Shown here piece by piece: positions 50,101 to 56,593 of a DNA stretch of 64,000 bases (its first letter is position 1; every line of letters starts with the position of its first letter). Made by a program: the position numbers and the translations under genes. Under the pieces are notes generated by a model, which ran no database searches, was not told the origin of the DNA, and worked only from the letters and a program-made list of their open reading frames with translations. This DNA comes from Bacteroidia bacterium Ga0077558 (GTDB lineage Bacteria; Bacteroidota; Bacteroidia; Chitinophagales; Chitinophagaceae): assembly GCA_001464625.1 (NCBI GenBank), contig LNFJ01000094.1:22215-86214 (forward strand), read 5' to 3'.

Positions 50101-51942
50101 GTAAAATTTAATTAATGAATCTCTTCCTCCGGCTACTAGTTGTTTACTATCCGGCGTAAATATTACAGCCATCTCTGGCCGCCTTGTATTTATTGTTTTA
50201 ATCAAAGAGTAATCATATGCATTCCATATTTTTATTGTGGAGTCGTAGGAAGAGCTTACCAGGTAACGTCCATTTGGACTATATTGTAAAGCATAAATAT
50301 CACTTGTGTGGGCCGTAAAAGTTGAAATTTCTCTACCCAATGTCACATCCCATATCTTAATAAATTTATCATAGATCCCACCAGTAGCCATAAATCTGGA
50401 GTTGGGCGAAATAGCAATGATATAAGGAAACAAATGTCCCGTTTGAACGGATACTTTTATTTGTTCACTGCTGCGGAGATTAGCAATAGCACTGATTGCC
50501 CATCCTTCGCCTTCTTTATTGCCTGATTGTATAAACTGTGCCAGCGATTTTTTGAAAGAACTATCAGCTTTTTTATAATTACCTAATTTTTTTTCGGTAA
50601 AGCCGGTAAGATAATTTGCCCATCCTTCATTCAGTTTATCATTTAAAGCAAAGCTGGCATCCTGAATCAACTGTGCCATGTATTGTGCAGAGTCTATATT
50701 GTCTGCATTTGCCATCAGCATACCTTCATTGAACCATCTTACAATAAGTTCGTTATCGGTAATATCTTTTGATAAATTTCCTGCCAATTTTTTTCTGATT
50801 ATAGAAGTTGGTTGTTTAATAAGAAAGGAACTAACCACTGCAGGATCCATAGGTGTATTATTAATAACCCAGGTGGCGTAAACTTCAGAAAATTTATAGG
50901 GTGTTCCCATATACTTTCTCGGAAATGCATTTACGAAATCTAAAAAGAGTTTTAAATGGTCATCTGTGCTATTGGCCATTGCCTTTATGATATTTTCTCC
51001 GGCAAAAATTCCTTTACTTCCTTTTACTTCTGCATAGCCACCGCCTGCAACAGTATCTTCTGCTAATATCCTTACCGCTTCATCAATCTGATTTTTCATT
51101 ATGCGGGCAATATCATTATTGGTAAGACTATCTGCATAGTAATACAAGTAGCGGGAATTATAAATCGGTTCCCGATAATTGTTTTGAAAATAAATTAAAC
51201 GATTTGCAGAAACACTAATAGCAAGATTTTTCCAGCTAACAGGTACTCTTGTTTTCAATTCAACCAAATCTCCGGGCAAAACTTGCAGTAAAGAATCATT
51301 AGTAGCATGTGCTATCGTGTAATTATTACCAACTTCCCTTGGATAACAGTTAACCAGTCCGTAGGGTCGTTGAACATCTTTTGATTCCCATTTTGAAATG
51401 ATGCCGCCTCTTTTTACCGAATCGGTAATTCCATCATATTTACCGGCTTGTATGGTAATACGAATTGAATCAGCAGAAATTACTTCCACTTTAGTGACCG
51501 GGTAAAAGATAGAGGTTTCTTCTGTTGCTGCAATTGCAGGATAGTTGAATAGCTGATTGTTAATACTGATGGAACGATGCAAATCATTTAATTCTATAAA
51601 AGCAGTTTCAATATCGATATCTATTCTGTTTGCACGGGACTGGCGTAGGGCAAAACTTAAAAATCGATGTGTATTTTCAGGATCTTCTTTTTTTTTGTAA
51701 CACCTTCCAATATTCAACATTACTTGTGCAGATAAAATATTGGTATAATTTTCCTGTTTGTTATTGCGAATCCATTGTAAAGCTCTAAGATTAATAACAA
51801 GCGATGAATCATAATTTTTAACAGCGTAAAAAGAATCAGCTTGAGAAACAAGGGAGTCCAGGTGTTTATATTCTTGTGCAGCGGCTTTTGGCAACAAAGC
51901 TGGCAGAAAAAGTAAGAAAATTATAAATCTGCCAATATGCAT
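47188..51942 (-). CDS. secreted multidomain protein: TPR-like N-terminus + WD40-type repeats + Ig-like linker + C-terminal caspase-like (C14) peptidase
   Basis: 1584 aa with signal peptide MHIGRFIIFLLFLPALLPKAAAQ. WD40-type units include FMATGGIYDKFIKIWDV, LVSSSYDSTIKIWNA and LVAGGRDSLIKFYDI. C14 blocks are YFIGIAVSNYKD, VIISVNGHG and LLLIDACHSG. Confidence 0.85.
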   Translation of the reverse strand: MHIGRFIIFLLFLPALLPKAAAQEYKHLDSLVSQADSFYAVKNYDSSLVINLRALQWIRNNKQENYTNILSAQVMLNIGRCYKKKEDPENTHRFLSFALRQSRANRIDIDIETAFIELNDLHRSISINNQLFNYPAIAATEETSIFYPVTKVEVISADSIRITIQAGKYDGITDSVKRGGIISKWESKDVQRPYGLVNCYPREVGNNYTIAHATNDSLLQVLPGDLVELKTRVPVSWKNLAISVSANRLIYFQNNYREPIYNSRYLYYYADSLTNNDIARIMKNQIDEAVRILAEDTVAGGGYAEVKGSKGIFAGENIIKAMANSTDDHLKLFLDFVNAFPRKYMGTPYKFSEVYATWVINNTPMDPAVVSSFLIKQPTSIIRKKLAGNLSKDITDNELIVRWFNEGMLMANADNIDSAQYMAQLIQDASFALNDKLNEGWANYLTGFTEKKLGNYKKADSSFKKSLAQFIQSGNKEGEGWAISAIANLRSSEQIKVSVQTGHLFPYIIAISPNSRFMATGGIYDKFIKIWDVTLGREISTFTAHTSDIYALQYSPNGRYLVSSSYDSTIKIWNAYDYSLIKTINTRRPEMAVIFTPDSKQLVAGGRDSLIKFYDISTGAIAKTLLQVHNASITGLAFSPANSTVLFSCGSDSLVYKWDLETGDWDRRYKERSRVIGVWVSNNGKYMCSLTSDSLVNVWDLENKKRYFRIKAHAKSNGSWGTYATPSFSADSKTLALALGADSLCIINLATLKERNYLYSSADGYGLFDVKFSPDGNYLAGRLADGGPIRIFNFSNWDFESNSSLSHKDIKTYYTLPLNIQFTKDDNELAIVHDGVSKVNLKNGSTSFLYFGALSFQNNYILLNNENIGIYTDTELPSLKFYDYTKKEFVGKVSLPDATEKLTHFELSADNRYVFLGGDNGTIAGFELATYKKIFSHVYNKSKNKILKGYSALRYDSIRQRLFAREILNRIVIIDVKNGNILDSIMTEDALTLEITPKFIYVPGGDGAVYKYDATTLKLLKKIKVYKDKKLCYNSVMSYDYRYLVVQIADKFVTLDTKTDKVLYEKYDHDYENGMMAISHNNKTLATGGFDCKVNMYDLATGNKIATIFTPRGKDFMIADSKGNYLAPKNTLDAVTFNLNNNSYGFEQFDTRFNRPDLVLKQLGRADSSLITSYYAAYKKRLKKLDITESSLGDDVHLPVVRLKDRFTVKPATSLSEYEMEIECYDAKYPLQSLQVLVNNSPVFGTAGKVISSNANRTTLKVKVPLSTDKNLVKVFCTNSKGAISLTETIEISSSYKPPTPAKTYFIGIAVSNYKDTSMNLRFAAKDVRDLATSFGKIFKSNFEADTLIDSRATKENILALREKLMKTTVNDKVIISVNGHGLLSDSLDFYYATYDIDFKKPTQKGLKYEDLEALLDGIPARKKLLLIDACHSGALDKEEMLAQQNKITTIKDTATDNGSVSGFASRGLIVKDKKAAVDANSSYEVMQNLFADISAGNGAIVISAAGGMEYAFESEKWNNGVFTYCIRKGIEEVMADRDGGNADRRVDVAELKNYVSKKVSELTKGKQRPVSRRENIEFNWVVW
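47191..48036 (-). other. caspase-like (peptidase C14) catalytic domain of the 1584-aa protein
   Basis: This is the last 282 residues. The His codon is at 47800-47802 and the Cys codon at 47650-47652; both were checked on the DNA. Confidence 0.8.
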
Positions 51943-52033
51943 CTTTTTTATTTTAGAAGTACAAATGTTGTAATGCTATGCCAATATATGGCCTTGCAAT
52001 CTATTTAACTATAGTGGCATTTTGTGCTTAAAA

Positions 52034-55000
52034 TCATTTTAACGTTTCTGTGGCTTTGTCAACTACAGACTTTGTAAGCTGATTCAATTTGTCTTTAGTG
52101 CCGCTTATTTCGAACTTAGTTTTTATAGCTTTATTTTGCTTCACATTTACAGTTATTGTAATGCCGTCTCCTTTTACAGTATAACGTCCACTTAAGGAAT
52201 AGGCATCAGGAGAATTAGTAGCAGTTACATATACAATTTTGCTATCTGATCCCCTTGTTGCCAATTCATTTAATTGGAGATTAACCATTCTGCTAAATTC
52301 CAAATCATCATCGGCAATAGCCTCATCGCTATTTTGAAAATTACTGGCAGCGAACAATGGTTTCTCTTGTGGCAAAATAATTTTAGCCATTACTTCCTCA
52401 TCAACCACCCCGATATTAAAATTGGTATTGGTAACAACTTGTGGTTCCTGTCTTGCACCATTTTCTTTTGAGAGCTCTGTCACTGTTTTTTCAGCGGCAT
52501 TAAACCAGCGGCTTACATTCAGGTATTTGCCATCTTCTAATATATCCGGTTGTTGCTTAATTGCTTTTAGTAAAGAATAGGTAAGTAGACCCTGCGAATA
52601 TCTCCCCATCTCATAGGCACTTTGATTACTTGCCGAAGCGGAGAGTATAAACAAACCAGATTTTTCATTTAGTTTATCTATTGCTTTTACCTGTTGCGCT
52701 GCATCATCATCTCTCGCTGCCATATAATTTTGCTCATCAGCACCCATTTTTACAAAATCTTTAATGGCTTGTCCACTATTGCAAGCATCAAATATTAGAA
52801 TACGTTTTTGAGCTTTTATATTTTGTGGCTTCATCCATTCGGTAAGTTCTGCCGTGCTGATGCCAACATCGGCAACCGCACTGCCAGCAGTTAAAGATGA
52901 AGCATCTGCGGTTAGAAAATAAAATTGCTTTTGTTCCCCTTCCATTACCCCATGACCTGCAAAGAATATCAGCAGAATATCATTGGCAGTAGCCTTTTTG
53001 CCTATTTCTTCCAGCGTTTTTTTGATACTGTTCTTTTCAGGTAGCTGGTATCTTTCTTTAGCGGTGGTGAGATTATACATAAACACATGTTCTTTATTAT
53101 CTGTGTTTAATAATTTTTTAGCTGCATTGGAAACCGCAGCAGAAATATCAGTAGCATCTTTAGCGGCATATTTCAGATCCAGTTCGTCTCCTTTGTAATC
53201 GCTTACGCCAACCATTACTGCATACAAGTTAGGTGGAGTAGTAGCCTGACTGCTTTTATCTTCTTTTACTTTAAATCCACGGGAGGATATTGTATTGTCT
53301 GTTGTAAATGCTTTTACTGTTACCTGGTTTTCTACACCAGCAATAAAATAAGGGCTGAGTTCAGTTTTTCTTATAATCAACTCATAGATGTTACCATTCA
53401 TTTTTAATTGTGCAGGCTTATATGTTTTGGTAGGATTTCCATTAATGGAAAGAATTGTTTCTCCCAATCCTCCGCGGCGGGGAATTATTTTAAAATAGTA
53501 TTCATCTGCTTTGCTGCTGGCATCTTCAATTTCAGGTGTAAGGCCACAAATACTTAACTGCTCTAATGTTTTTGCATTAATGCTATCGCCACTGGTAATC
53601 CTTTCAATTAGATTAGGAACCCACAATTGATTTTTTGCCTGGTCCAATTCTATCACTTCTTCTCCGCAAACAAAATAGAGCATTTTACGGGCAGCTTCAG
53701 TTCCATCATACCGTCCAAAATTATCTTGTACTAAAAAATCTGTATTGCCAGTAACAAAATGTTTGTAAGCCAATTTTACCTGGGGTAGTGTGTACACTTC
53801 CAATGCGTCATCAGTAAACACATAGAGATATTTGCCAGATTTTCCATATGTAATTTCATTGCCTTTAAGTTTTAGTACCGTTGCTCCTGATAATAAGTTG
53901 TGTATTCTAATATTGTCGCCAGAATGTACCACCAGGATTTCATTACTTACAAAATGAAACTCTATGCCTTTTCCTGGTTCATTGAGTTTTGTAACAATAG
54001 TTTCCTCAACATTGACTATAGGTGTTGTCACAATTTTCCCATTCGCATATATTAGTTTCAGTTCGTTTTTATTGGCTGTAAAACCAGCATAATTTATATC
54101 ACTCAAGGTTGTAACCAATTTTCCTGAAACTGTTTCCCAAACCTGCAAAAGTGATTCGTTGTTATCAAAACATAGGAAATATTTTGAGTCGGAGCTCATT
54201 TCTATGGTATGCGGATAAGCTGTTCCCACGGTAACGGATTGAATTAGCTCTTGAGTGGCTACCGACCAGATTTTTACTTTATTACTTCCTCCCGTAATAA
54301 TATACGCACCATCAGGACTGAACCGTTGTTCCGTAAACATGCTAATACTATCAATAGTCAACAACCGTTTATTGTCAGACAATCGAACAAGCTGCACTGT
54401 AAAATTATCATCGTGTAAAACATATTTTCCATTGGGGCTAAACTTGCTGAATGATTCATATGATCCTGATGCATCGCTTAGTGTTGTTTCATCACCCCCT
54501 TCTGCATTAAAAACAACACTACTGGCTCTTCCGCCTGCTACTACAAAAAGGCTATCATTAGCACTAAAATCTACACTGGTGGCCCACTGATTATTAAATA
54601 GTTTTTTGTGAAAAACAATTTTGCCAGTAGCTGCTTCCATTTTTCGTACTACACCATCTCTTGAAGCAGTCAAAATGTATTTTTCATCTTTAGAAAGTTG
54701 CAGCGCAGCGAGCCGTTCATTATGTGAACCATAAGTCAGTTCTTTTTTTCCTGTTGTGGCATTCCAACGGCTTAAAACAGGGTCGTAGTTTCCGGCAAGA
54801 ATGCTGTTGCTTTTTTTAAGATAGTTTAGAAAAAAGAGAGATTCATTTCCTGATTGGAAATAGAAAGCCAATTTATATGTATCAATATCCCAAACACTGC
54901 AATACCCACTTTTATCTGCAAGAGCAAAAGTTTTTTTGTCGGGAGAAACTCGTATTTTATAGATCCAGTCTTTATGGTTTTCTATAGCGCCAACAAAGTT

Positions 55001-55819
55001 GCCAGTCTGTTTATTCCATATCCTCGCAGAATTATCGCTGGATGAAGAAATTATATTACCATCGGGAAGAAATTTTGCATTCCAAACAGTATTCGTATGG
55101 CCGCTATACTCCACTAATTGTTTGCCGGTTGCAGTTTCCCAAAGCCTGGCTGTAGAATCATCTGCTGCAGTTAGTAATTCAATATCATTATCGGAAAATT
55201 CTACATCAATTACCCGGCTTCGATGGCCTGCGAGGGAAGCTGAAAATTTTCTTTGTTCTATGTCCCAAAGTTTTATGGTAGCACCTCCATACAAAGCAAG
55301 CATTTTACTATTGTTGCTAAACTTTAGTTCGTCATTAAAATAAGTCTGTGCAATGGTATCGGCTAATTGTAGAGTAATGGCGTTATATATTCTTATACTA
55401 GATCCACCTTTTTCGCCATAATATTGACCACAAATCGCAATCCATTTACCGTCTGTACTTACAGCAAGTCCCGGAGAGAAATCATAGGTCCCTAAAATTG
55501 TTGATTTGCCTGTTCCAATATTGTAGACTTCTGCAGGCGTAAAACCTGTAATAACAAGGTTCTTATTATCTGCAGTAAAGGCCATTTCGGTGGGATTACC
55601 ACGATTAAGGCTTGCTAATAATTTTCCGGTTGCCGTTTCCCATATTTTAATTTTTCCATCCAAATCACCCGAAGCAATTAATTTTTCATTTGGACTTATG
55701 GCAACAGCTTTAATCTCATTGCCATTAGCACTGGGGAGTATCAACTCGGGTTGTTGTGCCAATAAATGAGATATACAAAGCACACTACAAACCAGGGAAA
55801 TTAACTTGAAACCTCGCAT
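52034..55819 (-). CDS. secreted multidomain protein: WD40-type repeats + Ig-like linker + caspase-like (C14) peptidase + C-terminal beta-rich extension
   Basis: The start is placed at the ATG giving MRGFKLISLVCSVLCISHLLAQQ; the listed ORF start at 55864 is a TTG inside the promoter-like unit. WD40-type units include LIASGDLDGKIKIWETATGK, LLTAADDSTARLWETATGK and IISSSSDNSARIWNKQTG. C14 blocks are LYAVMVGVSDYKG, LLIFFAGHG and ILIFDACNSG. Confidence 0.85.
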   Translation of the reverse strand: MRGFKLISLVCSVLCISHLLAQQPELILPSANGNEIKAVAISPNEKLIASGDLDGKIKIWETATGKLLASLNRGNPTEMAFTADNKNLVITGFTPAEVYNIGTGKSTILGTYDFSPGLAVSTDGKWIAICGQYYGEKGGSSIRIYNAITLQLADTIAQTYFNDELKFSNNSKMLALYGGATIKLWDIEQRKFSASLAGHRSRVIDVEFSDNDIELLTAADDSTARLWETATGKQLVEYSGHTNTVWNAKFLPDGNIISSSSDNSARIWNKQTGNFVGAIENHKDWIYKIRVSPDKKTFALADKSGYCSVWDIDTYKLAFYFQSGNESLFFLNYLKKSNSILAGNYDPVLSRWNATTGKKELTYGSHNERLAALQLSKDEKYILTASRDGVVRKMEAATGKIVFHKKLFNNQWATSVDFSANDSLFVVAGGRASSVVFNAEGGDETTLSDASGSYESFSKFSPNGKYVLHDDNFTVQLVRLSDNKRLLTIDSISMFTEQRFSPDGAYIITGGSNKVKIWSVATQELIQSVTVGTAYPHTIEMSSDSKYFLCFDNNESLLQVWETVSGKLVTTLSDINYAGFTANKNELKLIYANGKIVTTPIVNVEETIVTKLNEPGKGIEFHFVSNEILVVHSGDNIRIHNLLSGATVLKLKGNEITYGKSGKYLYVFTDDALEVYTLPQVKLAYKHFVTGNTDFLVQDNFGRYDGTEAARKMLYFVCGEEVIELDQAKNQLWVPNLIERITSGDSINAKTLEQLSICGLTPEIEDASSKADEYYFKIIPRRGGLGETILSINGNPTKTYKPAQLKMNGNIYELIIRKTELSPYFIAGVENQVTVKAFTTDNTISSRGFKVKEDKSSQATTPPNLYAVMVGVSDYKGDELDLKYAAKDATDISAAVSNAAKKLLNTDNKEHVFMYNLTTAKERYQLPEKNSIKKTLEEIGKKATANDILLIFFAGHGVMEGEQKQFYFLTADASSLTAGSAVADVGISTAELTEWMKPQNIKAQKRILIFDACNSGQAIKDFVKMGADEQNYMAARDDDAAQQVKAIDKLNEKSGLFILSASASNQSAYEMGRYSQGLLTYSLLKAIKQQPDILEDGKYLNVSRWFNAAEKTVTELSKENGARQEPQVVTNTNFNIGVVDEEVMAKIILPQEKPLFAASNFQNSDEAIADDDLEFSRMVNLQLNELATRGSDSKIVYVTATNSPDAYSLSGRYTVKGDGITITVNVKQNKAIKTKFEISGTKDKLNQLTKSVVDKATETLK
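52421..53230 (-). other. caspase-like (peptidase C14) catalytic domain of the WD40-caspase protein
   Basis: The His codon is at 52952-52954 and the Cys codon at 52781-52783, both checked on the DNA. A further ~120-aa unassigned C-terminal domain is encoded at about 52037-52390. Confidence 0.8.
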
Positions 55820-55833
55820 CAGCAAATTTTTTG

Positions 55834-55880
55834 AAAAATTACCACTATTAGCATGCTTTTCCAATACCGTATGCAGGGTA
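55834..55880 (-). promoter_or_regulatory. promoter-like unit B (TACC-N8-GGTATTGG-N19-TAATTTTT)
   Basis: The minus strand reads TACCCTGCATACGGTATTGG aaaagcatgctaatagtgg TAATTTTT, ending 15 nt before the ATG at 55819. Units A and C have the same geometry. Confidence 0.55.
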
Positions 55881-55907
55881 CTTTAAAATTTGGACTACAG
55901 GGGGCAC

Positions 55908-55938
55908 AAAAAAACCGGCTATATTAGCCGGTTTTTTT
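55908..55938. terminator. bidirectional Rho-independent terminator after the small Tyr/Trp/Cys-tail gene
   Basis: aaaaaaaccggct / agccggttttttt: a perfect stem with a 5-nt loop, flanked by A and T runs. Confidence 0.8.
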
Positions 55939-55947
55939 GTAATTCGA

Positions 55948-56331
55948 TTAACAGTAGTACCAATATTTGTACCAGTAGCAATAGCCATAGCCATCGCAAT
56001 AGTAATACCAATAGTAGCAAAGTCCGGCACGGGATGCTTCCGGAGCTTTATACTTTTTTTGAAAAGCTTTTACTGCAGCAGCAAGTGATTTTGCATTAGC
56101 AGCTGTCAATGTTTGACCGGCTTTGTAAGTTGTTCCGCCAACTGTAGCTTCAGGAGAACCGCCACGGTTTGCGTCAAGACTCGCATTAGATACCATGCTT
56201 AAAAAGCCGATATCGCTGTCAGTTAAAGTTGTGCCTGCCTTCATAGCAGATACTGTTTTTTCTGCCTGGCCAAATACTACTGATGCCATCAGCAGCAAAG
56301 AGGCCGAGAATAAGAGTTTAATCTTTTTCAT
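55948..56331 (-). CDS. small secreted protein with extreme Tyr/Trp/Cys-rich C-terminal tail
   Basis: 127 aa with signal peptide MKKIKLLFSASLLLMASVVFGQA. The tail LCYYWYYYCDGYGYCYWYKYWYYC was verified codon by codon at 55951-56019. The gene has its own terminator and an upstream promoter-like unit. Confidence 0.6.
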   Translation of the reverse strand: MKKIKLLFSASLLLMASVVFGQAEKTVSAMKAGTTLTDSDIGFLSMVSNASLDANRGGSPEATVGGTTYKAGQTLTAANAKSLAAAVKAFQKKYKAPEASRAGLCYYWYYYCDGYGYCYWYKYWYYC

Positions 56332-56526
56332 TGTTGTTTTTTGTAGGTGATGAAATTTGATGGTTTTTAAATATATGCTTTTTTAGCAGATAAAAAATTG
56401 GACTGTTTATTCAAACAGGTTATTAAAAAGTAAATTTATTTGTCTTATCCGATCTTACCAATACTCTATTTTGAGTAGTCGCTTTAACTGTTTGGGTAAA
56501 GTTTTTCTATTTCATTTATTCTTACA

Positions 56527-56573
56527 TAAAGTTAGTAGTGGAATAACCTGTTTTCAATACCCAATAGCAGGTA
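56527..56573 (-). promoter_or_regulatory. promoter-like unit C (TACC-N8-GGTATTGA-N19-TAACTTTA)
   Basis: The minus strand reads TACCTGCTATTGGGTATTGA aaacaggttattccactac TAACTTTA. It lies 20 nt downstream of the stop of the 744-aa gene and about 195 nt upstream of the small-protein ATG. Confidence 0.45.
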
Positions 56574-56593
56574 TTTATTACCAGGGGTTAAAA

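Noticed and set aside
51943-52033. Possible fourth copy of the CAATACC-N8-GGTA unit upstream of the 1584-aa gene (ccaatatatggccttgcaatc)
   Set aside because: Only the ccaata prefix matches. There is no TACC/GGTA palindrome and no correctly spaced TAnnTTTW box. Co-transcription with the upstream gene is more likely.
47188-55819. WD40-caspase genes as STAND/NLR-like or apoptosome-like NTPase systems
   Set aside because: I found no Walker A/B or NB-ARC-type segment in either protein, and both are predicted to be exported.
55820-55864. TTG-initiated 15-codon N-terminal extension of the WD40-caspase ORF (MEKHANSGNFSKNLL)
   Set aside because: The extension overlaps promoter-like unit B, and the ATG at 55819 yields a standard signal peptide.
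55890-56099. 69-aa plus-strand ORF (…CTSSNSHSHRNSNTNSS…) overlapping the Tyr/Trp/Cys tail region
   Set aside because: It is the antisense reading of the low-complexity TAC/TGG/TGC codon run. The minus-strand ORF has a signal peptide, a terminator and a promoter-like unit; this one has none.
55948-56331. Small ORF (or the 291-aa ORF at 41358..42233) as a bacterial gasdermin partnered with caspase-like proteases
   Set aside because: Both have cleavable signal peptides. The small ORF is far too short. Neither shows the cytoplasmic, N-terminal-Cys, ~250-aa pattern expected of bacterial gasdermins.
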